Shown piece after piece: positions 12,434 to 24,249 of a stretch of 46,128 nt of DNA (within the stretch, counting starts at the first letter, position 1; each line of letters begins with the position of its first letter). This DNA is from Octopus bimaculoides (taxonomy: Eukaryota), in contig NC_068981.1 of assembly GCF_001194135.2 (NCBI RefSeq), positions 44,466,741 to 44,512,868 on the forward strand, written 5' to 3'. The position numbers and the translations under genes were made by a program. The notes beneath the pieces are model-generated. The model was not told the origin of the DNA and searched no databases. It was given only the letters and a program-made list of their open reading frames with translations.

Positions 12434-12821
12434 TAGCAGAAACTTGTCCTGTGCAGAAAGCCACTATTTGCAGTTTTCGTCTTCCGGCTCGTAATTGTAA
12501 TGAAAGAAAAGAGAATGAAAAGAATGAAAGACAGCTAGATACCAATAGTCATCGGTAAAGACAGCTATGAGCACCCAACCAGAACGATTGATCTATGCCA
12601 AGAAAGACAAAAGCAACAGCAAAAGAAATATTCGAAATCGTATATAATGGAATATATAACTGACTCTACTATACTGTTTAGTGGACAAAAGCAAAAAAAA
12701 AAAACAATGCGCATTCGCTAAATGAAAAATATAAAACAGCGACCATTTACCTATCGCACGATATATATATATATCTCACTCCATCTCTCTCTCCCTCTCT
12801 CTCTCTCCCTCTCTCTCTCTC

Positions 12822-13485
12822 NNNNNNNNNNNNNNNNNNNNNNNNNNNNNNNNNNNNNNNNNNNNNNNNNNNNNNNNNNNNNNNNNNNNNNNNNNNNNNN
12901 NNNNNNNNNNNNNNNNNNNNNNNNNNNNNNNNNNNNNNNNNNNNNNNNNNNNNNNNNNNNNNNNNNNNNNNNNNNNNNNNNNNNNNNNNNNNNNNNNNNN
13001 NNNNNNNNNNNNNNNNNNNNNNNNNNNNNNNNNNNNNNNNNNNNNNNNNNNNNNNNNNNNNNNNNNNNNNNNNNNNNNNNNNNNNNNNNNNNNNNNNNNN
13101 NNNNNNNNNNNNNNNNNNNNNNNNNNNNNNNNNNNNNNNNNNNNNNNNNNNNNNNNNNNNNNNNNNNNNNNNNNNNNNNNNNNNNNNNNNNNNNNNNNNN
13201 NNNNNNNNNNNNNNNNNNNNNNNNNNNNNNNNNNNNNNNNNNNNNNNNNNNNNNNNNNNNNNNNNNNNNNNNNNNNNNNNNNNNNNNNNNNNNNNNNNNN
13301 NNNNNNNNNNNNNNNNNNNNNNNNNNNNNNNNNNNNNNNNNNNNNNNNNNNNNNNNNNNNNNNNNNNNNNNNNNNNNNNNNNNNNNNNNNNNNNNNNNNN
13401 NNNNNNNNNNNNNNNNNNNNNNNNNNNNNNNNNNNNNNNNNNNNNNNNNNNNNNNNNNNNNNNNNNNNNNNNNNNNNNNNNNNNN
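12822..13485. other. Assembly gap (N run). Other gaps at about 15315-15792, 16703-16804, 21085-21843, 29986-30097, 35470-35850, 36248-36590 and 38456-38565
   Basis: N characters, each gap abutting a (TA)n, (CT)n or (CA)n microsatellite on at least one side. Confidence 0.99.
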
Positions 13486-13498
13486 TCCCTCTCTCTCC

Positions 13499-13539
<41 letters not shown>

Positions 13540-13726
13540 CTCTTTTACTACTTTACTTGTTTCAGTCCTTTGACTATGGCCATGTTGGAGCACCGCCTTT
13601 TAGTCGAGCAAATCGACCACAGGACTTATTCATTGGAAGCCTAGTACTTATTCTATTGAGATCTCTTGCCGAACCGCTATGTTACGGGGACGTAAACACA
13701 CCACAGAAACAAACACACAAATATAT
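13540..13726 (-). mobile_element. SINE family B 3' half
   Basis: CTTGTTTCAGTC.TTTGACT.TGGCCATG.TGGAGCACCGCC...GCCGAACCGCTA.GTTACGGGGACGTAAACAC, homologous to 16395-16580 and 18040-18215. Confidence 0.88.
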
Positions 13727-14052
13727 CGTGGCACTCCGTCGATCAAGGGAACAGCATGCTCGTGAAATTAATGTGCAAGTGGCTGAGCAATCTACAGACT
13801 CGTGTACCCTTAAGATTCAGCGTGACACAGTGTGTCAAAAGGCTGACCTTTTGAAATACAGATACAATAGAAACAGGAAGAAAGCGTGAGAGAAAATTGT
13901 GGTGAAAGAGTACAGCAAGGTTGCCACCACGCCCTGCCGGAGATTCGTTAAGCTCTTTAGATGTTTGCGTTTAATAAACACACCCAACGCCCGGTCTGAG
14001 AATCGAAACCGCGAGTCCGCTGCCCTAACCACTGGGCCATTGCCCCACCACG
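13727..14052 (-). mobile_element. tRNA-derived SINE family C, nested in a family-B SINE, 9-bp TSD CAAATATAT
   Basis: A box TGGCCCAGTGG (14029-14039), B-box-like GGTTTCGATTC (14000-14010), homology to 21844-22165. TSD at 13718-13726 and 14053-14061. Confidence 0.88.
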
Positions 14053-14072
14053 CAAATATATACATATAGATA

Positions 14073-14155
14073 AACGGAACACTTCTTTCAGTTCCCGTCT
14101 ACCAAGTTCACTCAGAAAATGTTGGTCGACCCGGGGCTGCAGTATAAGACACTGC
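14073..14155 (-). mobile_element. SINE family B 5'/central fragment (remainder of the interrupted copy)
   Basis: CTTCTTTCAGTTCCCGTCTACCAAG...GGTCGACCCGGGGCTGCAGTATAAGACACT matches the complement of 46010-46090. Confidence 0.78.
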
Positions 14156-16394
14156 GATTTCCCAGTAAATAACAGATAATGACCTGACAAACGAAAAAAA
14201 AAAAAGGTTTTAGTTTTTTTTCGCACTTCCACCAAGATATTCATATATACGTAGAAACGTACACAGAAACAGACACACACAGACGCAGACACATACACAC
14301 ACAGACGCACACACACACACACACACACTCTGTGTGTGTGCGTGTGTGCCTGTGTGTACGCGCGCATGTGTCGGTGTGTGTGTGCGAGCGAATATATAAT
14401 TTTGCAATGGTGTTATTACACTTCAAAATTTAGTAGAAAATGACTGTATTTTAGAAAAGATTGTAAACGAATACGTAACATATTATCTTTCAATGTGACA
14501 TCTTAACAAACAAGTATAATGATTTCCTTAAAGAAAAAAAAAAGCTTTTCAGCCAACATCGAAATGAGAATAAATAAACATTTGAATATAATAGCTGCGA
14601 TTCTTCTAATTTCAAAAGTTTCTATTGATATTCAGAATAATCTTTTATATTGGCAATATAATTTTAAAAGCGTTTCGTTGTATCGTTTCTTTCATTGCTC
14701 GTCATTATTTATATCAGAGGGCATGAAAAAAGGCGACCGAATAGTTTCTTATCGTAAAGCTATTAACAATTTTACAATATTAATAAAATTCGATAGATCT
14801 ATTGTTACTTGTGTTGTTACTCCACTAGAATTATGAGTAGTGGTAGGTTTTGTGGCTCTTCTTGATGTGAAGTTTCAAATCATGTTTTAGTTAATTTTCT
14901 ATTAACTTCTTTTCACCTCGTCAAGTTTTATTGTAAATTTGGAAATGTTAGACTCATTGCCTTGTACCATGTTCCATTGTACACGAGTATATATGCGGCT
15001 AATTTTCCAATACCAAGTTTTATTGTTCTTTCGAAAACGTGAGATTCCTTATCTCATTGTACTGGTGAAAATTTTAAATGCATTTTTTTAAAGGTTTTAT
15101 TGTATTGTCCTATACGTTATGCTCACTTTCTGGTGCCAGATTTATTGATTCTCCCAATAAGTATGAATAACCAATACGGCTACTTTCCTATACACACACA
15201 CACACACACACACCCACACACATACACGCACATACACACACACACACATATATATATATACAAATACATATATATGTTTATATATATGAATATATATATA
15301 TATATATATATATANNNNNNNNNNNNNNNNNNNNNNNNNNNNNNNNNNNNNNNNNNNNNNNNNNNNNNNNNNNNNNNNNNNNNNNNNNNNNNNNNNNNNN
15401 NNNNNNNNNNNNNNNNNNNNNNNNNNNNNNNNNNNNNNNNNNNNNNNNNNNNNNNNNNNNNNNNNNNNNNNNNNNNNNNNNNNNNNNNNNNNNNNNNNNN
15501 NNNNNNNNNNNNNNNNNNNNNNNNNNNNNNNNNNNNNNNNNNNNNNNNNNNNNNNNNNNNNNNNNNNNNNNNNNNNNNNNNNNNNNNNNNNNNNNNNNNN
15601 NNNNNNNNNNNNNNNNNNNNNNNNNNNNNNNNNNNNNNNNNNNNNNNNNNNNNNNNNNNNNNNNNNNNNNNNNNNNNNNNNNNNNNNNNNNNNNNNNNNN
15701 NNNNNNNNNNNNNNNNNNNNNNNNNNNNNNNNNNNNNNNNNNNNNNNNNNNNNNNNNNNNNNNNNNNNNNNNNNNNNNNNNNNNNNNNNNNNGGCATATA
15801 TATGTATGTAAGTATGAATGTACATTCACATAACATATGCACATGGTTTTTAGACGTATTTTTAGACATAGTCTCATGCCAACCCCTATATTATCCACAT
15901 GCTTTTCTTTGAGTTTTAGATTCCACGAATAAGTGTGGAAACTACAATATTTCGCTTTATTGAACTACAGTTCCAAGTCTAGCTTTGCGACCTTTATTTT
16001 GTTACGAAAATATGACTGTACTTGAGCATGTTGAAGCTTGCCGAGTATACGTATCAGCATAATATTACTGTAGATTATGGCTTTGATATACCTACGTAGT
16101 AAGATTGCTTACTTTGTGAAACATAATGAAAAATAATAGATAACGACACATAATGTGGAAGAGTGACAAACGTATAAAATATCTATAGCGTTCAGTTGTG
16201 TTCTATCATAGAAGTAAAACATCAGTGTAAGAAATATGAAGTTTAACACAACCACAAGAATCAGTTGTTTTCGAGAAATGCAATCCAAAATAAAGTATAT
16301 ATTTCATTTTATTTAATACATTTCCCTCGCACGATCTTAAATATTTTATAATAAATGGGTCGTTTCGATGGATATTGTGGTTGTCATTATTCTT

Positions 16395-16652
16395 TAATTC
16401 TTTTACTTGTTTCAGTCATTTTGACTGCGGCCATGCTGGAGCACCGCATTTGGTCGAGCGAATCGGCCCCAGGACTTATTCTTTGTAAGCCTAGTATTTA
16501 TTATGTCGGTATCTTTTGCCGAACCGGTAAGTTACGGGAATGTAAACACATCAACATCGGTTGTCATGCGATGTTGGGAGGACACACACACACAAAGCTA
16601 TACACACACATACATACATACATATATGCATACATGCATACACACACACACA

Positions 16653-16700
<48 letters not shown>

Positions 16701-16895
16701 TANNNNNNNNNNNNNNNNNNNNNNNNNNNNNNNNNNNNNNNNNNNNNNNNNNNNNNNNNNNNNNNNNNNNNNNNNNNNNNNNNNNNNNNNNNNNNNNNNN
16801 NNNNTATATATATATATATATATATGTATATATACGACGGGCTTCTTTCAGTTTCTGTCTACCAAATCCACTCAAAGGCTTTGGTAGGCACTGCC
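16395..16895 (-). mobile_element. SINE family B with internal (CA)n/(TA)n linker spanning an N-gap, 5' end truncated
   Basis: Tail at 16395-16580, then the linker, then CGACGGGCTTCTTTCAGTTTCTGTCTACCAAATCCACTC. Confidence 0.88.
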
Positions 16896-17396
16896 CAACG
16901 ATTCTCCCAACCAAAATCTATACAGATGTAGGCTCATTAAGAATTGATTGTTGGTCATTATCTAACTACCTGTCTAAATAACCGAGTAACACTAGAGATG
17001 TCACCCCAAATATTGACTGTATTAAGAATGTATGAGTGCGTGTGATGTGGAGAACGTTAGATTCTATTTTGTAACTGTACCTCATGCGGAACTTCCTTTA
17101 GCAAACGCAGATTGAAACTCATTTACATCATTATTGATATAAAGGTTTATTTGGTTGTAATTAAAATGTATACTTTTCATTAGTTTTTTTTATATCATTA
17201 GACATTGAAATGCTTGCTTGCAACAAATAAATATATAGAATCAAATGATATTTTTTAAACACAATTGGTAATATTTTATGACCGTGATTAAACTTTTTGC
17301 ACTCTGACAACAAAAGTTACTGAAATATTCTATTTCCTATGATACGCACACACACACACCCACACACACACACACACTCACACACACACACACACT

Positions 17397-17428
<32 letters not shown>

Positions 17429-17447
17429 CATACATACATACAAAAAT

Positions 17448-17500
<53 letters not shown>

Positions 17501-18039
17501 TATAAAGGTATGCAATATTAATACTGCATACCTCTTCATAAAACGGTCATCAATAGCTTTGAAATTGTGATGGTAACCTAAAAGAAGTAGCAACACATTA
17601 TAGACATTTAGCAGATATTTGAAAGAACAAGAATGTTTATAACGACATAACTCTAATACCAAACAGTAATGCAAAGAAACTGCTCAACGAAACGATTCTA
17701 ATAACATATAAAATGTTTCCGGAACTACTAGAGCCTCTGAACAAATCAAAAGAGTTGATGTAGCAGTGTGGGTGATGGTGGTGGTTCATAAGTGAACTTA
17801 ATGAAATACGTATTATCAGTAACTAAAATACCATTAAAAGATATTATTATAAACATCTTTAGAAAACTATAATTTTGACCTTGAACAAAAGCTCGCTCTT
17901 CTTGTACAACTGATAGATTAATAGAACACATCAGTAAGCAAGATTAAACTAACTTTATTTCAAATTGAACTGACATGAGATATTACAATTTTCGATTACT
18001 TTTACAAATCGTTGAGATAACACGAGATCTCTTTTCACT

Positions 18040-18400
18040 TTTATCTTTTACTTGTTTCAGACATTACACTGCAGCCATGTTGAGGCACAACGTTGAAGAA
18101 TTTTAGTCTAACGAATCGATCCCAGTGCTTCTTTTTCTTTTTAAGCCCGACACTTATTCTATTGGACACTTTTGCTGAGAAGGCTAATTAACGGGACGCA
18201 GGCACACTAACACCGGTTGTCAAAGGTTCGTAGGAGACACTGAAACACAAAAATACTCACATACACTATAGGCTTCTTTACCTTTCCGTCTACCAAATCT
18301 ACTCATACGGACAGAGTCTTTAGTAGAAGACACTTTCCTAAAGTGCCACGCGGTAGGGCTGAAGCCGGAGCCATCTGGCTGAGAAGTAAAATACATATAA
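18040..18400 (-). mobile_element. Diverged near-full-length SINE family B
   Basis: Tail, linker and head (AGTAGAAGACACTTTCCTAAAGTGCCACGCGGTAGGGCTGAAGCCGG) are all recognisable. Confidence 0.8.
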
Positions 18401-18439
18401 AAACTCTTCTTTATTAGTATGGGGACCATTGTTCATTTT

Positions 18440-18615
18440 AGAAAGAATCGTTTACTGGTAAGTGTATATGCGTATTGAGTTCAAATTCCACCGAGGTTGA
18501 CATCGTCTTTTATCCCTTCAGGATTGATGAAATAAGTACCAGATGTGCACTGGGCTCGATGTAATCAAATTATCTACCGTTATCTAAATTGCCGGCCTTA
18601 GCCAAAGGTTGAAAC
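18440..18615 (+). mobile_element. SINE family A, diverged
   Basis: GAGTTCAAATTCCACCGAGGTTGAC...TAAGTACCAG...CACTGGGCTCGATGTAATC. Confidence 0.78.
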
Positions 18616-21600
18616 CAGCGTTATAGTATGTGTGTGTGTGCACCTATATTTTAGTAAGTATGAGTTCTTAAAGATGTTTAAGTAGAGTTGCGTTATCATG
18701 TTTGTATAATTATTCACATTCCAAAGAAGAATATGTTTAAACATAAAAACTGAATTTTTATAATCTTAGTGTGCATTTCATGAACATAAAGCAACGAAGC
18801 ATTTCGCGTCGATTAAAAAGGCAACAATTCGGAATGATTTCTATTGACAATCCCTAAGCAATTTACTTACCCATGTCAACATCATCCACTTTTTCTCAAA
18901 TTGAAATTTATCTTATTCATAATTAGCAAGTTATAGAATCTCCTATTCTACAGAAGATCAAAATCTCACACCTACCAACAATATTCTATTATTGAAAGGT
19001 GAATTAATTACAGGTGATAGGAACATTTATAAACAATACTTGCGTAATCACCTCTTTTCATTTCTAAATCTCTCAAGTTTTCATCAATTCGATTGCTGAA
19101 AGTAACGGAGGTAAGCTGTTCTACCTTATTAGTTTTATCTTGATCTTCAGGAAAATCAGCCTAGCGGTAGATCTATGAAAATCCCACAACAGTGATTGGC
19201 ATAAGTACATTTCAACCCCTTTGTATGACATCATTCTTGCTTCAATTGAATTGGAAGCTTTAGATATTACCTCCAATCTCTCTACAATGTTGCGTAGTAA
19301 GATTAAGATCCTGTTACATCTCTAACATCCTAATAATTCCACATTATTATGATAAGTTGTACAGTTTTATACAAATAATTTCGGCTTCCAGAACTCAATA
19401 TGAAGCAGACAACAGCCATCAACGTGCAAAGTGTTTCAATCAATCTTGCATTGCCACTTTGATTAGTCACCTTCGAAATAGGTTTAAATTAGAACTTGAC
19501 TATTTTAACATCATAATGACTATTCTTTCATAGGTTGGTTCTCATATGAAATCGTATAATTTTTCAATTCAATAAAAGCAGTGAAAATAAGATTATTAAA
19601 TCTCTATCATAAAGATTAATAACCAAATGCTACAGAATAGTTTAGTCCAACTCACAAAATCGTCTTTGAATAGCTTGAGTAAAACTTAAAAGTCAGACGA
19701 TTGTTCATGTTTCAGTGGCGTTAATACGACTATATACTTAAACAGGCTAAGAAACGTTCTAAACGGCTATTATAATGAGCCACCAAGTTTCTCTCACCAA
19801 CAGCTAGGTATTGTTTCCACCAGATGATTTTCCTACAACTGGATTGTAGATTCTGCTGCCACGAATCTGTATTATACAATTGGAAACCAAACTAACGAAT
19901 TTATGAAAATGAAAAGCTATCTTATCTTCGGTGTTTGCTAATTAAAAAGAACATAATGCAAAGTATTTCATCTCATTCGTATGTATTGTACAGAGTATAG
20001 AAATATAGAGTTCAGTATTAGCAATCGGAACAGTACAGGCAAATTATAGTATAAATGTTGTATGGCTCATAATATTTTCCCTGTTTCTCGGGGCTATGCT
20101 TCCCACGGATTTTATAATATTGGTGTACACTTGGATCAAAATTTTCCAGATATCGGAGAAATTTCACGGCTATGATAGTTTGTTACAATATTTGCGATAA
20201 TCCATTAAAGGTTACAATAACAAATGCAGTTTTAGTGTTTCATTGACCGATACATGGTTCAAACTGATCATCAATAACGTCTGTCTCTCTACAAGGCTCT
20301 TGGGCACTATTCTATTCCCTTTAATGGTTTTATCTAAATTATCATGTAATGTACTATATTTGTACTATAACCTCAAAAATTTTAACTCGGAAAACATACA
20401 GCAGTTTCTCTAATTTGTTTATTTCTCATTATCTATTGCTTTAGTGACGAACAAAGGATATCAATGCTCGATGTATAATATTTATGCAAGCAATGAAAAG
20501 AAAATGCAGTATATATGTACGGTTACACACATACACACAGTCAATATCACACATCTGCACTCACTTGTACTTTTGACGCAGTTAGTTCTCCGCATATAAC
20601 GACGCAATCAATTATGTAGGTTTCCTCTGTGAACCAACTTTTATTTCCTTCTCAACATTATTCAACTTAATTCTTTTTTGAAAAACATGAACCAGTTCTG
20701 TTTCATTGCACTGCATTTCTTCATCCCTCCTTGCTAAATAATATTTACGATGTTTCAGCTGTCGGAAAACGTAGTTATTATTTCCCTTTCCTTCAGAGAG
20801 TAAGAAACGAACTTGTGCTTTCGTTTCTCACTTTTCTCTTTTGGATGTTCGTCATAATTCGCCTTCGGCACAGATTTATTATAGCGTATAGTTACATACT
20901 CTGAATATAACGATAAATGAAAATTATTTTCTTTCAGTGAGGAAAATATTTACAAAAAAGTGTATGCAAATTATATATTAAACCCTCCGCAAACATCTTC
21001 TAGATATAAGGCTTTATTACTATTCTAACAAATAGTTGTATACACATATACATCCATCCTCATATATATATATATATATATATANNNNNNNNNNNNNNNN
21101 NNNNNNNNNNNNNNNNNNNNNNNNNNNNNNNNNNNNNNNNNNNNNNNNNNNNNNNNNNNNNNNNNNNNNNNNNNNNNNNNNNNNNNNNNNNNNNNNNNNN
21201 NNNNNNNNNNNNNNNNNNNNNNNNNNNNNNNNNNNNNNNNNNNNNNNNNNNNNNNNNNNNNNNNNNNNNNNNNNNNNNNNNNNNNNNNNNNNNNNNNNNN
21301 NNNNNNNNNNNNNNNNNNNNNNNNNNNNNNNNNNNNNNNNNNNNNNNNNNNNNNNNNNNNNNNNNNNNNNNNNNNNNNNNNNNNNNNNNNNNNNNNNNNN
21401 NNNNNNNNNNNNNNNNNNNNNNNNNNNNNNNNNNNNNNNNNNNNNNNNNNNNNNNNNNNNNNNNNNNNNNNNNNNNNNNNNNNNNNNNNNNNNNNNNNNN
21501 NNNNNNNNNNNNNNNNNNNNNNNNNNNNNNNNNNNNNNNNNNNNNNNNNNNNNNNNNNNNNNNNNNNNNNNNNNNNNNNNNNNNNNNNNNNNNNNNNNNN

Positions 21601-21843
21601 NNNNNNNNNNNNNNNNNNNNNNNNNNNNNNNNNNNNNNNNNNNNNNNNNNNNNNNNNNNNNNNNNNNNNNNNNNNNNNNNNNNNNNNNNNNNNNNNNNNN
21701 NNNNNNNNNNNNNNNNNNNNNNNNNNNNNNNNNNNNNNNNNNNNNNNNNNNNNNNNNNNNNNNNNNNNNNNNNNNNNNNNNNNNNNNNNNNNNNNNNNNN
21801 NNNNNNNNNNNNNNNNNNNNNNNNNNNNNNNNNNNNNNNNNNN

Positions 21844-22165
21844 CGTGGTCATAGGATCGCGGTTTCTATTCCCAGACCTGGCGTTGTTAGTGTTTATTGA
21901 GCCAAAACACCTAAAGCTTCACGAGGCTCCGGCAGGGGATGGTGGCGAAATCTGCTGTACTCCTTCACCACAACTTTCTCTCACTCTTTCTTCCTGTTTC
22001 TGTTGTGCCTGTAATTCAAAGGGTCAGCCGTGTCACACTGTGTCACCCTGAATATCCCCGATAACTACGTTAAGTGTACACGTGTCTGTGGAGTGCTCAC
22101 CCACTTGCACGTTAATTTCACGAGCAGGCTGTTCCGTCGATTGGATCAACTGAAACCCTCGACGT
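21844..22165 (+). mobile_element. SINE family C (5' end runs into an N-gap)
   Basis: Collinear with the reverse complement of 13727-14020; tail CACTTGCACGTTAATTTCACGAGCAGGCTGTTCCG. Confidence 0.87.
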
Positions 22166-22389
22166 TGTATGTACGTATGTATGTGTGTGTGTGTATGTGT
22201 GTGTGATACTGTGCATGTGTGTGATACTGTGCGTGCGAGTGTGTGTGTCTGTTCATGTATGTATTTATTGTTGTTTGTTGTACATCAATATTCCTTTGAA
22301 TTTCCCGATGGGTAGTTTTGTCTACAAGCATAATGGTCTCGTGGATAGCTCTCAGTTTATGTCACTCTATATAAATTTCACAACAATTT

Positions 22390-22620
22390 GGTAACATGAG
22401 TGAAGGCGCATGAGTTAGTGCTTAGGGTGATGGACTCGTGATTGTGAGAGTCTGGTTTCAATTTTTGTTGTGTTCTTAAGCAAAATACTTCATTTCGCGT
22501 TGCTCCAGTTCACTCAGTTGGCAAAAACAAGTAACCCTGCAACGGAGCAGGATCCCCTGCAGAGGATGAATTATATGCGCCACAAGAACCGCAAATCCGA
22601 CAGGATGACTCAGGAAGGAT
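22390..22620 (+). mobile_element. tRNA-headed SINE family D, diverged
   Basis: Head GAAGGCGCATGAGTTAGTGCTTAGGG, central TTGTGTTCTTAAGCAAAATACTTCATTTCGCGTTGCTCCAGTTCACTCAG (similar to 33950-34010). Confidence 0.62.
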
Positions 22621-23727
22621 CTCTATCATTTTACCCAAGTGTCAAATGAAACAGAATGTTATACGCGAGAACACCGGTCAAATATTAATTATATGGACGC
22701 ATATCTAAATTCAGGACGGACAAGTTTGCTGCATGTTTATTCATACTTTTCGAATTGCCGTTCGTCGTAAAAGCTCTCAAATTTACATTTCATAATTGAG
22801 AATGTGAATTTGTAATGCTTGTACGTATTCTATGACTGCAGCTTATTGATTGGGTTAGTGCTAAATTTCCTCACTTTCGTATATTGAAAGTTAATTTTTT
22901 GAAACTATGAAAATTGTGTTTTGCGGAAAATAATACAAGTCTGCTACCTATAATTAACACATTGACGAATATTCATGAAGCCTTGCAGTTGCAATCTACT
23001 AGACGCGAATTTTACTTCCTATATTGTACATCATCAAGAAACTAATTAAAAAATAATCACTTAAAAAAAGTTAGGGTGTTTGAGAGTTGGTATCAATAAC
23101 ATCAAATTAAAAACTTCTATCAATAAATAAGAAATTCTATATCAATAAATTGTAAATCTTATATCTATCGCTTTTCTATAATCAAATGTGCTGTCGTTAG
23201 ATTCTACTTGATACTTTTCAATAAATACTGCAAGAAATATGATTAGGATAAAGTAAATCAAGATACTGTAAACTGTGTAATTATTTTCTTTTTAATGAGA
23301 AAACATTGAAGCTAATGCCAAAGACTCATTTGTCTAAATTGATTGGTTTGCTCTTTAATTGTATAAATCAAAGTCTCTGAAGCAGTAGTACACATTGTTA
23401 GCAATCACACGTGAATTTTGTTTATTTTTATTTCAGGTGAGTTGAAGATTTAAACATTTTATTGTTGGTTATGTTATCATGTTTCCATTTTGCTTTCATT
23501 TTGTCCTTCATATTATTCTTTGGTTTTGGTTTTCTTTGTGATATTTGCAGATGCGTTACTGCTACATGTTATTACTCGACTAATTCTAGCGCTCAATTTG
23601 AAGACAGCGATATAAGCCTATGTAATGCATGCTGGTGGCGACTTAGCTGAAACGATATTCTTTTTAAGTTATTTCAAACATTTATTGATCTTTTTGTAAT
23701 TATGACAAAGGTAATGTCAAAGTAATG

Positions 23728-23768
23728 ATAATAATAATAATAACAATAATAATAATAATAATAATAAC

Positions 23769-23849
<81 letters not shown>

Positions 23850-23941
23850 AAGAAGAAGAAGAAGAAGAAGAAGACGAAGAAGAAGAAGAAGAAGAAGAAG
23901 AAGAAGAAGAAGAAGAAGAAGAAGAAGAAGAAGAAGAAGAA

Positions 23942-23973
<32 letters not shown>

Positions 23974-23985
23974 AGAAAAAGAAGA
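23728..23985. repeat. Compound trinucleotide repeat: (ATA/ACA)n directly joined to (AGA)n
   Basis: Read directly from the sequence. Confidence 0.98.
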
Positions 23986-24249
23986 AAATGGAGTCAGAAA
24001 CAAGATTTTGTGAGATTTTCCAATTCAAGCGCATAAGCCAGTAATTAAATATTAGATAGGAAAAATCGAATTCGCTTACTGATTGAACAATCTTGTCCAT
24101 TCCACCATTATGAAGACAGTAGAAAAAATACGACCCCTTAACATTTTAAATTGCGTGTAGTTGGAACATGAAATCTGTAAATGTTGCACCTGTGACAGTT
24201 CAATCGCCAGCATTTGGTGATTGCAAATCGGTTAAAAAAGTTTTTTCCA

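Noticed and set aside
12125-12545. Poly-Leu and poly-Val/Ala ORFs; likewise poly-Ser/Tyr/Arg/Phe ORFs at 23674-24100 and Ser/Thr/Gly-rich ORFs at 28663-29023 and 31131-31487
   Set aside because: Translations of trinucleotide microsatellites with no recognisable domain.
14000-14052. tRNA gene calls at SINE heads (also 4468, 28120, 45937)
   Set aside because: A/B boxes are present, but no complete cloverleaf could be folded and each continues into SINE body.
18800-19500. Faint hAT/Charlie-like peptides (SPFNNRIL, CCGIFID) and a GTAAGT donor on the minus strand
   Set aside because: Only scattered short matches with stops in all frames; needs a profile search.
20780-20806. Possible 3-nt plus-strand microexon (TTCCTTCAG|AGA|GTAAGA)
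   Set aside because: Expected by chance in 46 kb; no supporting neighbouring exons.
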